A DNA stretch of 64,000 nucleotides from Candidatus Dojkabacteria bacterium (GCA_016931155.1 JAFGFJ010000010.1:564-64563); one strand, 5' to 3'. Counted from the first letter of the stretch, positions 1 to 11,946 are shown. Notes: generated by a model from the letters alone, not told the origin. Numbers and translations: made by a program.

Positions 1-44
1 GACGCCTATTAAGCGCCGAGGAACTTCGCTACCTTAGGACCGTT

Positions 45-732
45 CAATTGTGTTACCTTCGTATTGAAGGGATAGACATTTCTGCCTATCTCTGTATGTC
101 GCCATACAGTTCGGACTATATCATTCCCGATTAATTATTACTAAGTCTCGCAGTGCTCGACAAGTAAAACTAATTCAGGATTTGGCGTGTAGTCTCTGAG
201 GATTTTCCTAATGTTTCAAGAACTGGATAAAGAATAACAATTCTTCTAAATACACTAAAAGCTTCTTTCTTCTTCGTTCTTAATCGGAATTTACTAAAGA
301 ATGGAATGACGCTTTCGTTTAAATCACGAAGGTTTGTAACCTCGTAATAGAAAACACCATCAAGCCTTTTCCTTATAGCTCCACAATTAAGAACTGATCT
401 TATCCACAATAATATACTCTCTTCTTTCTGAGTAATTATAAAGCTTGCAGTAATTTTGACGCCGTGAAGGTAATCATGTCTCATTTTAAATGAGATATTA
501 AAACTACCCTCTCCATCAGAAAAACCTGCAATATAGCTACCAGTTTCTTGAGAGATACTATCTATCTTGTTCAATAGGAATCTTTCCTGCTGATTGTCCG
601 CACTTTAACATTTTCACTTGAATTGAAACAATGTATTCCAATACAAGTAGTTAAAGATTCTCGGAGTTTCCAGCATTTAGCCAAATTTTACAACTACCTT
701 GGTCCTTCCGCTTTCGCAGAATTCTTTAGTTG
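45..732 (-). mobile_element. Group I-type intron inserted in 23S domain IV, near E. coli position 1923-1931, carrying a homing-endonuclease ORF
   Basis: The exon sequence ...GGCGGCTGTAACTAT (reverse complement ending at 733) and AACGGTCCTAAGGTAGCG (reverse complement starting at 44) are contiguous in E. coli 23S, but here about 688 nt separate them. The upstream exon ends in U and the insert ends in G on the RNA strand. The insert contains the LAGLIDADG ORF at 170..574. Boundaries were inferred by eye against the E. coli sequence. Confidence 0.7.
170..574 (-). CDS. LAGLIDADG-family homing endonuclease encoded inside the 23S rRNA intron
   Basis: The 134-aa ORF has the motif IAGFSDGEGSF near its N-terminus, which matches LAGLIDADG/GIDGDGSF-type motifs. 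It lies wholly within the intron. Confidence 0.75.
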   Translation of the reverse strand: MNKIDSISQETGSYIAGFSDGEGSFNISFKMRHDYLHGVKITASFIITQKEESILLWIRSVLNCGAIRKRLDGVFYYEVTNLRDLNESVIPFFSKFRLRTKKKEAFSVFRRIVILYPVLETLGKSSETTRQILN

Positions 733-3085
733 ATAGTTACAGCCGCCATTGACTAGGACTTAAGTCACCAGCTTTGCCCGAAGGCTAACCAGCTTCTGTG
801 ATCTTCTAGCATTGGGCAGGCGTCAGCACCTATACATCAGCTTACGCTTTGGCAGGTGCCTGTGTTTTTGGTAAACAGTCGATTGAATCTCTTCTTTGCC
901 CCCTAATCCCGACAAGTCGGAACCAGGGCCCCCTTCTTCCAAAGTTACGGGGTGAGTTTGCCGAATTCCTTAACAAGGGATGACTCGATCACCTTGGTAT
1001 ACTCTACCAATCTACCTGTGTCGGTTTGCGGTACGGTCATCAATAGTTCTCCTATAGAGGATTTTCTGGTAAAAAGAATAGATGGAATAACCTCTGCTTG
1101 CGCTTTGGCTTTTCATCACAACTCGTTTGTATCCCGACAAGTCGGGAAGCACCTGAGCGGATTTGCCTACTCAAGCTAACTTATTGCTTGAACTCTGACC
1201 TATCAAAGCTCCAACATCTCCTTCTCAGTCCCCCCTTAAGTAAAACGAACTATTAACGGTTGCCGAATATTAACGGCATGTCCATCACCTACGCTTTTCA
1301 GCCTCGGCTAAGGACCGACTAACCCTTGGACGATTAACGTAGCCAAGGAAACCTCAGATTTTCGGTGTCCCGATTTTTCATCGGGATTGCGCTACTCATG
1401 TCTGCATTCTTACTTCTATCCACTCCATCCTGACTTACATCAGAACTTCACTGTAGATAGAAAACTCCTCTACCCCTTACTAAAGGATTGCTCCAATAGT
1501 AAAGCCACAGTTTCGGTAGTATGCTTGAGCCCCGTTACATTATCAGTGCAAAATCTCTTGACCAGTGAGCTGTTACGCACTCTTTAAAGGATGGCTGCCT
1601 CTGAGCAAACCTCCTGGCTGTCAGTGAGACTTCACTTCTTTTGCCACTTAGCATACATTAGGGACCTTAACAGATGGTGCGGGCTGTTTCCCATTCGACT
1701 AACGGAACTTAGCTCCCATAGTCTAACTCCCGAGATAAAACTCATGGCATTCGGAGTTTGAAAGAATGCAGTATCCCTTACGGAACCTGCGATCCAATCA
1801 GTGCTCTACCTCCATGAGGAAACTCTCGAGGCCAACCCAAAAGTTGTTTCGAGGAGAACCAGCTATTACCGTGTTCGTTTGGCGTGTCACCGCTAACCAC
1901 AGATCATCCGATACTTTTGCAGCAGTAAACGGTTCGGTCCTCCTCCCGACTTTCGTCGGGATTCAACCTGTCCATGGTTAGATCACACGGTTTCGGGTCT
2001 TTTGCCAAATATCTTTGACGCCCTTTCAGACTCGCTTTCGCTGCGGCTACACTGCAGAACAGCTTAACCGACAATTGACAAAAACTCGCAGACTCATTCT
2101 TCAATAGGCACGCCGTCATCCCGATATATATGTTCTCGCCAAATTCTAATGAGGCGTTAGAACATATATATCGGGACTCCGACTGCTTGTAGGTATATGG
2201 TTTCAGGTACTATTTCACTCCGCTAACAGCGGTTCTTTTCACCTTTCCCTCTCGGTACTTGTTCACTATCGGTCACAGAAAGTATTTAGCCTTACCGGGT
2301 GGTTCCGGCAGATTCCTACGGAATTTCTCCTAGACCGTAGTACTCAGGTGTGCAACTAACGAGAGTTACTCTTTTCGTGTACAGGACTATTACCTCCTTT
2401 GGTCGTGCTTTCCAACACTATTCCACTAAAAGTAACTTTTGTAACTCGTTTCTGCAATTCACAGTTTGCAATCGTTACATCCTACAACACCACACTGTAA
2501 CCATCCCTGTGAGGACGGGTCGGTAACCTCTTCCGCAAAGCAGATTTGGTATCTCCCCCTACCTGTGTGGTTTGGGCTGTTCCCTTTTCGCTCGCCACTA
2601 CTTAGGGAATTTTATCCAGACATCTCCCCTAAAACTCACAAGTGAGTAATTAGAGGATAAATCTGGAATTCTTCGTCTTCTTTTCGTCCGGTTACTGAGA
2701 TGTTTCACTTCGCCGGCTTCCTTCCTATATGGCTATGTATTCACCATATGGTTACTGGACTTAACTCCAGCAGGGTTTCCCCATTCGGAAATCTACGAGT
2801 AATAATGCTTGTTTGCCAGCTCCTCGTAGCTTATCGCAGGCTACAACGTCCTTCATCAGCTTTCTGTGCCAAGGCATCCACCATATACCCTTTCGCGCTT
2901 TCGAATCTATACATCGTACATTTGTACTTACGTACAGAACAAAAATAAACCCAAGGTCAAAAATAAATTTTTGACCTTATCTTTCTATTCAGTTATCAAA
3001 GAACATTTAATCTGTAAAAGATCAAGCTCTGAAAATTAAATACATATGCAGTAATAATTTCCAGAACAAATCTTTTATAGGAACT

Positions 3086-3145
3086 GATCCCGACAAGTCG
3101 GGATCCTACATCTTGTCTCTACTTACTACGTTCGCAGACAAGATG
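3086..3145 (-). promoter_or_regulatory. Two stem-loops in the tRNA-Ala to 23S spacer, probably rRNA/tRNA processing stems
   Basis: gatcccgacaagtcgggatc (3086-3105) is a perfect 8-bp stem. catcttgtct...agacaagatg (3109-3145) is a 10-bp stem that abuts the tRNA-Ala 3' end. Confidence 0.4.
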
Positions 3146-3219
3146 TGGAGCTGGCGAGAGTCGAACTCGCGGTCTCTTCATTGCAAATGAAGCGCATTAA
3201 CCAGCTGTGCTACAGCCCC
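3146..3219 (-). tRNA. tRNA-Ala (anticodon UGC)
   Basis: The reverse complement reads GGGGCTGTAGCACAGCTGGTTAATGCGCTTCATTTGCAATGAAGAGACCGCGAGTTCGACTCTCGCCAGCTCCA. It has a G3:U70 pair, an anticodon loop cTTTGCAAt and a T-loop GTTCGACTC. CCA is not encoded. Confidence 0.9.
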
Positions 3220-3245
3220 GATAAATAAAGTCCGTCCATCTAATA

Positions 3246-3319
3246 GTGGGCGATCTTAGAATCGAACTAAGGACCTCTGTCTTATCAGGACAGCGCTCTA
3301 ACCGTCTGAGCTAATCGCC
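3246..3319 (-). tRNA. tRNA-Ile (anticodon GAU)
   Basis: The reverse complement reads GGGCGATTAGCTCAGACGGTTAGAGCGCTGTCCTGATAAGACAGAGGTCCTTAGTTCGATTCTAAGATCGCCCA. The anticodon loop is CTGATAA. The 16S-Ile-Ala-23S spacer arrangement is the canonical one. Confidence 0.9.
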
Positions 3320-3457
3320 CCAAGCTTGAGAGCCCCTCGCTAAATTTTAAAGAGCAACTCTTTGAACAACCTAAAAAGTGATAGGGAGCCTAATAAATTC
3401 CCATTTACCCAAAACGTCCCCCGAATCTCAAAAGAGTTCAGGAGGGATGCTCCTTAA

Positions 3458-4983
<1,526 letters not shown>

Positions 4984-5302
4984 AAACATCAAACTTCGGA
5001 CAAGCCGAAATTCGAAGACCTTACCACACCTGGCAAGGATTTAAGAGAGTCTAAATTTACTATAAAAGTAAGCTCAGACTAAAAAATCATTATCCGATAG
5101 TTGAGAACTATCTTATTTTAATAGTCATAAAGACTATTTTAAAGGAATTTACTTAGGTTACGTTTCGACTCAGCCGAAGCTTTGTCGATAACCCTATCAC
5201 TTTTTAGATTGTCAAAGAGCTTATAGGTAAGTCTTGCAGGCTTATTTATAAACTCTCTAAGACAGTAATACTTTATAAGTATAATCAGATCTGACTTGTG
5301 GA

Positions 5303-5327
5303 CAAAAAAAGAGACCCCAAGGTCTCC
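5303..5327 (-). terminator. Rho-independent terminator on the minus strand, downstream of ORF 5450..5863
   Basis: gagaccccaaggtctc is a perfect 6-bp stem with a 4-nt loop, preceded on the plus strand by A7, which is a T-run on the minus strand. Confidence 0.55.
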
Positions 5328-5449
5328 TTTCCCGATATGTCGGGATGGTAAGTACCTAGGCAACTACTCTAAATTTAACTGTGCAATTCGCTTCATAAGC
5401 AAGGAGATTCTACCAAAAAATGAATGAACAAGTCAAAAGAAAATTTAAT

Positions 5450-5863
5450 TTATTGTTCAGGAGAATGGCCTCCTTCATAATACGACTTAATTGGTTCATC
5501 AGTTCTTTCGGTAGAATAAACAGATTTCCTGAAACCATTATTTGTAAGGCAATGTATTTCAAAACCCATCGACCAATATCTACCCGATGCATCAGTTCCA
5601 ACTCTAGACTCGAATACGCACATGCCAAATTCACCATCTTTAGGATAATAAAATAATCTCGAACCTGAACTAACCAATGAACTTTCAGATCTATATCTTT
5701 CTGTAGCTGAAACTGAATTTTCAAATGGATTTACAACTGCCCTTAATTCTACATTGCCATATATACCCTTCCCACCAACAACAAGCTCAGATTCTCTCGT
5801 TTTCTCGCTTATTTCCTTTCTAGGGTTAAGGGAGACCACAATAATTAGTCCCACCAGACCCAA
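5450..5863 (-). CDS. Hypothetical small protein with a hydrophobic N-terminus, possibly secreted
   Basis: This is a 137-aa ORF with an N-terminal MGLVGLIIVVSL and a terminator downstream. It overlaps alternative ORFs on other frames and strands, so the call is tentative. Confidence 0.35.
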   Translation of the reverse strand: MGLVGLIIVVSLNPRKEISEKTRESELVVGGKGIYGNVELRAVVNPFENSVSATERYRSESSLVSSGSRLFYYPKDGEFGMCVFESRVGTDASGRYWSMGFEIHCLTNNGFRKSVYSTERTDEPIKSYYEGGHSPEQ

Positions 5864-5935
5864 TAATGATTGTAGTGTTACTCTCTTCTTCGTTATATTA
5901 TATATATATCATTTGACAACGTTTTTGTCAACAAA

Positions 5936-5962
5936 AAAGGGGACGTTTCCGTCCCCTTCCAA
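5936..5962 (-). terminator. Rho-independent terminator for the 5980..6321 gene
   Basis: ggggacgtttccgtcccc is a 7-bp GC stem, preceded on the plus strand by aaaaaa, which is a T-run on the minus strand. Confidence 0.55.
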
Positions 5963-5979
5963 ATTCAGATTAACCGCCT

Positions 5980-6321
5980 TTACTTAACCATCTTTCCGAT
6001 AACTGGAACCACCCACTTCTCCCCCTGGTTCGCCTTTACTGCACCCATTATTCTTACAACAATATCAAGAATTGCCCACACCCCAATCAAACACCAGAAA
6101 AGAAATCCGATAAGTATGAATGAAAGAATGAACGCCAATACATTTCCTCCTACATATACAATCACTGAAGCAATTCCCCAGTAAAGGGACTGCTTTGCAT
6201 GATGCTTTAAAAATTCATCTGCATCATTCATCCAGATTAAACTGGTAATCGGAGCAAAGATCCAAGCAAGAATCGCATTTGTCTTATTGTTCGAACTTGG
6301 ATTCACAGCTGTAGTCGCCAT
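5980..6321 (-). CDS. Small polytopic membrane protein, DUF4870-like
   Basis: The 113-aa ORF has three or four hydrophobic helices and the motif FLKHHAKQSLYWG, which is recalled from DUF4870-family proteins. The family assignment is from memory. Confidence 0.45.
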   Translation of the reverse strand: MATTAVNPSSNNKTNAILAWIFAPITSLIWMNDADEFLKHHAKQSLYWGIASVIVYVGGNVLAFILSFILIGFLFWCLIGVWAILDIVVRIMGAVKANQGEKWVVPVIGKMVK

Positions 6322-6598
6322 AATTAAACAAATAATAAATTAAAAATAAGTAATTTCAACCGGATGAGCAAAGTATATTACTAATACCCAAAGACGTCAA
6401 CAAAAAAACAGAATACAACAACATGACATTTTACTTTGGGTTAACACAAAAAAAGTACCACCAATTTCAGTATCATCTAAGAATCAGAAAAGACTCAAAA
6501 AACAAGAATGTATATTTTGAGCGTTCACAAAATCAGAGTGACCAGCCAAACCACAAGACTTTACAAAGAAAAAATTCAGGAACAGCATGAAAAAGAAT

Positions 6599-8386
6599 TT
6601 ATTTTTTTTGAAGTTGAAAAAGCTTTTTCAACTCTTCTGCAGTTGTCGCCTGTCTGACCTCTTTATCCCTGCCAAACACCTTCATTCTCGGAAATCTCAA
6701 AGAAAGTCCTCTCCCCTCTTTGTCCATAGCCGCCATGTGATTTTTACTTTTTGTGATCTCATCAGCATCGACCTCCACCACAACTTTAGGCTCGACCCAC
6801 TCGTCAGGTTCAAGAAATTTTACTACCTTCACATTTTTGGGTTTTGCACTGATTTTTATCTTTTCCAGAACAGGTCTAATCTTTAAGAAATCCTCATCTT
6901 TTATTCCTGTTCCGAGTTTCGCCACGCTTTCAAATTCATCTGTTTTACGATTATAAATCCCAAGAAGCAGGGCTCCAAATCCAAACTTTGCTCTTGTCCC
7001 TCGACCAAAATAATAACCAAGAACAACAGTATCAATTGTGTCTGCAATGTGAGATTTAGTAGTAAATTTCAATTTTATCCAATCAAAATTTCTTGTCCCC
7101 GGCTCGTAAATTGTTCCATGCTTTTTCGAAATAATCCCTTCGAGACCAAGATCAATATATTTAGCAAACCTTTCTGCAAGCTCTTTCTCGGTTTTTACAA
7201 CCGGGCTGTCGGAAAAGTTCAGCTTTCCCGTTTTATCCTGCTTTAATATTTTTTCAAGCAAAGAAAGTCTTTTTTCTATTTTTTCCAACGTCATGTCTTT
7301 TCCATTCAAATAAAGAAGATCGAATGCCATTACCTTGATTGGAATTTCTTCTACCTTCTCTTTTACTCCGTATTTTCTTCTTCTTGTGCTTGTCTCCTGA
7401 AACGGGAAAAACGTATCAGTATTTTCATCATATCCGATCACTTCTGAGTCAATTACTAAAGAATCAACATTTATTGCGGCAACTGCATCTGCAACATCTG
7501 GAAACATATCAGTAAGACTTTCCATGTTTCGACTGAAAATTCTGACTGTTTGTTTTTCGATTTGTCCGTCAAAAAACCCGTTCTGTTCTTTTGCCTTCAA
7601 ACTTATTTCAAAACCTTTCCTTAAAAAATGGATCTGCGCTCTCATCCCATCATATTTCGGCTGGATTATATGTTCACCAAGCCTTTCAAAGATACTTTTC
7701 ACATTTTTTTCTCTCTCTACCAGTTTTGATGCTACAGGAAGCCCAACCTCAACATTGAAATCTTTTACCGATCCAACTCCTTTTTTTAGAATCTCCTCAG
7801 TAATTAAGCCGATATCGCTTCGTACACTATAAGCTCTCTCAATCAACTCTCTTTGAGACTTGTCTCCGGCGACTGCCCACGAAATCGCATCAAGAACAGT
7901 CTTGTCACTAAGACCGAGCCTGAGATTTCCGACAAGAATTCTTGCTGCGAACTTTGCCTCCGTCTTATCAAGTTTTGAGAAAAGCTCCGCCACCCTCTTG
8001 ATCTTTTCTTCTACACTTCCTTTCCCTCCCAAAAGAGCAACTTCATTTAGAAGAACGTGAACTTCTTTTACAGAAAGATTTTTGGTTTTTGTTTTAATTA
8101 TTTGCTCAGCGACAAGACCCAGATCTCCAGTCTTTTCAAACAGGTCAGAAACTATTTTCTCGTCTCCTGCAAAACCCTTAAGCACCTTCTGCATAAGCTT
8201 TCCAGCAAAATTAAACTCAATCGGGATAAATCGTGGAACAACACGTCCCTGCATTAAATACATTGCTTCCTTGATTTCGTCCTTTCCAAGAGACTTCAAA
8301 AGGTCTGCGAGAATTATAGTCATCTCGTTTCTTGAGGAGATCAATTCCAGCTTAGAAAAATAAATTGATAATTCTAAAAACTTCAT
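6599..8386 (-). CDS. lig: ATP-dependent DNA ligase (archaeal/eukaryotic Lig type)
   Basis: The 595-aa ORF has adenylation motif I KYDGMRAQIH (KxDGxR) and downstream motifs FDLLYLNG, EGIISKK and DWIKLK. An N-terminal DNA-binding domain and a C-terminal OB domain are implied by length. Confidence 0.8.
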   Translation of the reverse strand: MKFLELSIYFSKLELISSRNEMTIILADLLKSLGKDEIKEAMYLMQGRVVPRFIPIEFNFAGKLMQKVLKGFAGDEKIVSDLFEKTGDLGLVAEQIIKTKTKNLSVKEVHVLLNEVALLGGKGSVEEKIKRVAELFSKLDKTEAKFAARILVGNLRLGLSDKTVLDAISWAVAGDKSQRELIERAYSVRSDIGLITEEILKKGVGSVKDFNVEVGLPVASKLVEREKNVKSIFERLGEHIIQPKYDGMRAQIHFLRKGFEISLKAKEQNGFFDGQIEKQTVRIFSRNMESLTDMFPDVADAVAAINVDSLVIDSEVIGYDENTDTFFPFQETSTRRRKYGVKEKVEEIPIKVMAFDLLYLNGKDMTLEKIEKRLSLLEKILKQDKTGKLNFSDSPVVKTEKELAERFAKYIDLGLEGIISKKHGTIYEPGTRNFDWIKLKFTTKSHIADTIDTVVLGYYFGRGTRAKFGFGALLLGIYNRKTDEFESVAKLGTGIKDEDFLKIRPVLEKIKISAKPKNVKVVKFLEPDEWVEPKVVVEVDADEITKSKNHMAAMDKEGRGLSLRFPRMKVFGRDKEVRQATTAEELKKLFQLQKK

Positions 8387-8605
8387 AAAAAGATTATACG
8401 AGAAAGGTAAATTTTTAAGTAGATACAGAAGTAAGTTACTATTCGCTAAATTATCAGCGATATTCCAGAAATCTGATTTATTCTGCTTTCTCCTTTACAT
8501 TATTAAAAAAAATAACAAGCCGATTTTTTTGTCAAATAAAATATTAAACGATGGGATGCACTTTTCAAAGAAACAAAAAGTTGAACCGACAGATTTCTCT
8601 CAAAA

Positions 8606-9184
8606 TTATTGCAGTTTTTTGCCTAAAGCTTGGATTTTTTCCAAACACTTCTTTCGTCCTTCTCTATTTAAATGTTTCATTGATTCAATACAGGTAATTT
8701 TTATCGGTCTCACCCCACAGAACTCAAGAATTGATCTCTTTAATTGATTGATACTTGGTTGCCCAAAAGCAAAGAGATAAAAGAATCTTGGCTGATCGAG
8801 CGTTGTAATTATTCGTGCTGTTTTACCTTTTAAGAGTCCATCCCACCAAATGGAATTTTTTCTAAACTTATAGGTAAAACCTGGCAAAAAAAGCCTGTCT
8901 ATAAAACCTTTCATAATTGCAGGGAATCCTCCCCACCAGACAGGATGCACCCAAACTAAATGATCCGCCCATTTAATTTTCTCCCATGCAGTCAAAAGAT
9001 CCGGCTCCAATTTCGTTCTTTTTTGATAACCGAAATGCAGATTTGGATTAAATTTCAACTTTGCGATAACGATTTCCTTTATTTCCGCCTTAGCCTGTTT
9101 TGCTCCTTCTCTATAGGCTTTTGCAACTCCAAAATTGAAACTACTCTTGTTGGGATGCCCATTAATTATTAATACTTTTTTCAT
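8606..9184 (-). CDS. NAD(P)H-dependent oxidoreductase with a flavodoxin-like fold (KefF/MdaB/NQO-like)
   Basis: The 192-aa ORF begins MKKVLIINGHPNKSSF and contains ...WADHLVWVHPVWWGGFPAIMKGFIDR, which are typical of Flavodoxin_2/FMN-reductase family members. Confidence 0.6.
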   Translation of the reverse strand: MKKVLIINGHPNKSSFNFGVAKAYREGAKQAKAEIKEIVIAKLKFNPNLHFGYQKRTKLEPDLLTAWEKIKWADHLVWVHPVWWGGFPAIMKGFIDRLFLPGFTYKFRKNSIWWDGLLKGKTARIITTLDQPRFFYLFAFGQPSINQLKRSILEFCGVRPIKITCIESMKHLNREGRKKCLEKIQALGKKLQ

Positions 9185-9386
9185 AGTTGCTGTCTAAATT
9201 ATTATCCTTTTTTTGAGGTTTTACTGACATTAAAGATATTAGCTTTTCCCTTGACAGTATTAAAGTATTAGCAATTTCGATTCCCAGCAAAAACCTGCAA
9301 TTCAAATTATACTATTTCTAGAATCACTAATTTTCATTCAGGAATATGCAATCAGTAGAATTCAAAAAATAATTGGGACAAAATGA

Positions 9387-10412
9387 TCAAATCAACTCAT
9401 ATCTTGAAGCTTTTGTCTTTCCTTTTTTCTTCACCAGTTTCTTAAGAGTTAAGTCCTTCAATTCTCTCAGGATTGTATCATCGCTGACTTTCGGGAACAA
9501 TGTCTTGAAATCCTGGTTTTGAATTTGATTATTGTCTTCAATAAATTTAACGATCTTTATCTGTCTGTCATTGAGAGCAACCTGCCCCACCGTCCTTCTC
9601 ACTTTTACATCCCTGCTAATATCAAGGATTTTATTCTTTACTCTACCCAACTCCACCGCAAGCCCCCTTGAAAAATACTCCAGCCATCCAGTCAACTCAC
9701 CCTCATCTGCACTCGCAAGTGCCTCATAGTAACCTTTTGGATCCTGATCATAATATTCCTCTAGACTGAAAAACTGCTTTATATCATATCCTTCCTGATA
9801 AAGGCTCCATGTAGAAAGAAGTCTGGCCGTCCTGCCATTTCCTTCGATAAAAGGATGGATATTTGTAAAAACATGCTGAAGGACCCCTGCACGAAGGATC
9901 GGATGAACTTTCTTCCCTTCTGAGTTATACCAGAGAATCACATCATCTATCTCGGCCTGAACTTCCTCCTTTCCTGGAGGTTCCATTACTACATCCTGAG
10001 TTTTTGAGCTCATTATTACTACATCCTTTTCTCTGATCCTGCCTGCCTCACTGTCCAAAATATCGTGAAGAAGAATTTTGTTAATTTCCAGCATAAACTT
10101 ACTATCAAGTTCTTTTTCTTTTTTCCCCGATATGAACTCTACCGCTTTTCTGTAATTCAAAATTTCTTTGATATCACGCTTTCTTACAGATTCTATCCTT
10201 CTACCCTCAAGAAGATTTTTAGCTTCAGTGAAATTCAGAGCATTTCCTTCTATTGCTGTTGAATGGTGAACCTGGCGGATGACTGCATCTTCCTTGAAAC
10301 GCCTCTCCCACGCAGGAACCAGAGGTGCATTTTCAATTATCTGTTTGCTGGCCTCTATTTCAGCAATATTTTGAAGAATTGTGTTTGTAATCTGGAAATC
10401 CGGTCTATACAT
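9387..10412 (-). CDS. Fic-family protein (AMPylase/adenylyltransferase) with an intramolecular inhibitory helix and a C-terminal winged-helix domain
   Basis: The Fic motif HPFIEGNGRTARLL is present. An upstream inhibitory (S/T)xxxE(G/N) motif appears as HHSTAIEGNAL. The C-terminus is rich in basic residues and looks like a winged helix (about 341 aa overall). Confidence 0.8.
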   Translation of the reverse strand: MYRPDFQITNTILQNIAEIEASKQIIENAPLVPAWERRFKEDAVIRQVHHSTAIEGNALNFTEAKNLLEGRRIESVRKRDIKEILNYRKAVEFISGKKEKELDSKFMLEINKILLHDILDSEAGRIREKDVVIMSSKTQDVVMEPPGKEEVQAEIDDVILWYNSEGKKVHPILRAGVLQHVFTNIHPFIEGNGRTARLLSTWSLYQEGYDIKQFFSLEEYYDQDPKGYYEALASADEGELTGWLEYFSRGLAVELGRVKNKILDISRDVKVRRTVGQVALNDRQIKIVKFIEDNNQIQNQDFKTLFPKVSDDTILRELKDLTLKKLVKKKGKTKASRYELI

Positions 10413-10551
10413 AAGACCATTCTAACATTCTTGAGAGACAGGAGAAACAACCAGACATTTCCTCTAAACAGCTACAAGCACATATCACTGTACTTGAGAG
10501 AAAGATCGATTCTTCCGGTACTGACTTTCAATGTCTTAATTGACGCTTCGA

Positions 10552-11304
10552 TTACTCCCTGTTTCTCCGGTTTTGAGATGAATGATCCACTATGATATCG
10601 TATGCCTTGTTTAGTGCGCTTTTTACTATATCTTTTTTTATTACTTGATATCCTCCAACTTCTTCTACGTTTTCTCCCCTTCTACCCTCAAACGTCACTA
10701 TTTGGAAATCGCCAGTCATTGCAAGTGAGGAATTGGTAATAATCCTGCCCATCATACCAAGCTTCTGATCAAAAGCTAGTGCTATACTGCAACCACAAGC
10801 ATTTTTATTTATTCCTTTTCCTGATGTTCCTTGGCTTGCTTCCTGAATACCAATATCGTTGAAGCATAAATCTGGAGAATTCTGTGTTGAGGAAACAAAG
10901 TAGAACAAATAGTCAGGATCCTCATGAATCTCGTCAAATACCTGAGAATATTCACCTGCTATTGAAAATATTTTTCTCAAAAATGAGACAGCATAATTTT
11001 GATCTTTCAGCTTTTTGTTCCTAAGATTATCGGAAAATCCTGCTGGTGTTCTTACATAAATAACATTCCCTCTGAAATAATACTCCGTTCCATATTCATC
11101 GCAATAATCACAAGATTCATCCTCGAGAGAAAGAATATCATCTCTAGTTGGAATCTCTTTGTGTTTTGAATCCTCTAAAAGCTCACTGAAAAAGTCCCTC
11201 AGGGAAAAATTTGGCACTTCGCCTGGAATATCCATTTTGTATAAAAATAAATAAGTAAATATGATATAGAACACTTTTATACCCCATACAGAATAATAAA
11301 TCAA
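10552..11304 (-). CDS. Hypothetical protein with Cys motifs
   Basis: The 250-aa ORF has motifs SCDYCDEY and NACGCSIALAF. No confident family assignment was possible. Confidence 0.4.
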   Translation of the reverse strand: MIYYSVWGIKVFYIIFTYLFLYKMDIPGEVPNFSLRDFFSELLEDSKHKEIPTRDDILSLEDESCDYCDEYGTEYYFRGNVIYVRTPAGFSDNLRNKKLKDQNYAVSFLRKIFSIAGEYSQVFDEIHEDPDYLFYFVSSTQNSPDLCFNDIGIQEASQGTSGKGINKNACGCSIALAFDQKLGMMGRIITNSSLAMTGDFQIVTFEGRRGENVEEVGGYQVIKKDIVKSALNKAYDIIVDHSSQNRRNRE

Positions 11305-11359
11305 TTTTTCCCTGTCTGCAGTATTTTTCTTTGCAAAAAGGATAAAAAAGGAGAGATAT

Positions 11360-11731
11360 CTAGTGAAGCTTTTTTACTTTTTTTGCAGGTACAAGTGTAT
11401 AGTAACTACCTTTTGTTTTACCGTGTTGTTTGATGATATTCATTTGTTCCAATTCGTGAAGATCTCTTCTCAATGTACGCCTGGTCACTCCTTTTACTGC
11501 CCTTTCCAGCTCGCCGTTCGTTAGTTTATCCTTCCCGGCAAACATATTTATAATCTTCTTCTGCCTTTCATTCAATCCCAAAAGAGCTCTTCTCAAGGCT
11601 CTGCCTGTAGTATCTCCAGCTTTTTCAAATTTTTTCCAGATAGCAGTACCAACGCCAGCCACAGCAAGAGTAGCCGCAAATACCAGGAATGCTGTCTTGA
11701 ATGATTTTTTTCGAAACTTAATATCAGTCAC
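11360..11731 (-). CDS. Membrane-anchored winged-helix (DeoR-like HTH) protein
   Basis: The 123-aa ORF has an N-terminal TM segment FLVFAATLAVAGVGTAIW and a C-terminal VTRRTLRRDLHELEQMNIIKQHG, which resembles a DeoR-type HTH. Confidence 0.5.
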   Translation of the reverse strand: MTDIKFRKKSFKTAFLVFAATLAVAGVGTAIWKKFEKAGDTTGRALRRALLGLNERQKKIINMFAGKDKLTNGELERAVKGVTRRTLRRDLHELEQMNIIKQHGKTKGSYYTLVPAKKVKKLH

Positions 11732-11946
11732 TTGTCCGAATTAATTTGGTTAGGCTAAGAAAGGATCAATTGGAACGTCCGAATTATGATACTACTTCAA
11801 TCAAACATAAGCAACTCAGAAAAATAATAAGTAATATTTTAATTATCGTTCCAGTCATTTGATATCATTTTTAAAATTGAAGAAGACTCTGCAGATTTGC
11901 AAACAACCAGAAAATCGGCCAATCAGGTTTGAAATAAAATGTCAAA

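Larger units (their letters stand above)
1..2910 (-). rRNA. rrl: 23S rRNA, 5' portion; the gene continues past window position 1 and is interrupted by an intron at 45..732
   Basis: The reverse complement of GGATGCCTTGGC (the 23S 5' end) sits at about 2868-2880. Reverse complements of conserved 23S blocks are present: GACTGTTTACCAAAAACACAG, GACGCCTGCCC, GGCGGCTGTAACTAT, and AACGGTCCTAAGGTAGCGAA at positions 20-44. The 5' end is approximate, within about 20 nt. Confidence 0.9.

Noticed and set aside
5139-5724. Overlapping small ORFs 5139..5363(-), 5410..5724(-) and 5420..5656(+)
   Set aside because: They overlap one another and the better candidate 5450..5863, have poor composition, and have no supporting signals. 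5139..5363 also lies in the rRNA leader and terminator region.
10552-11304. Transglutaminase-like/papain-like cysteine protease assignment for the NACGCSIALAF protein
   Set aside because: The Cys-containing segment loosely fits the G-x-C-x-x-A-x-L core of transglutaminase-like enzymes, but no downstream His-x-W or Asp partner is evident. It is left as hypothetical.
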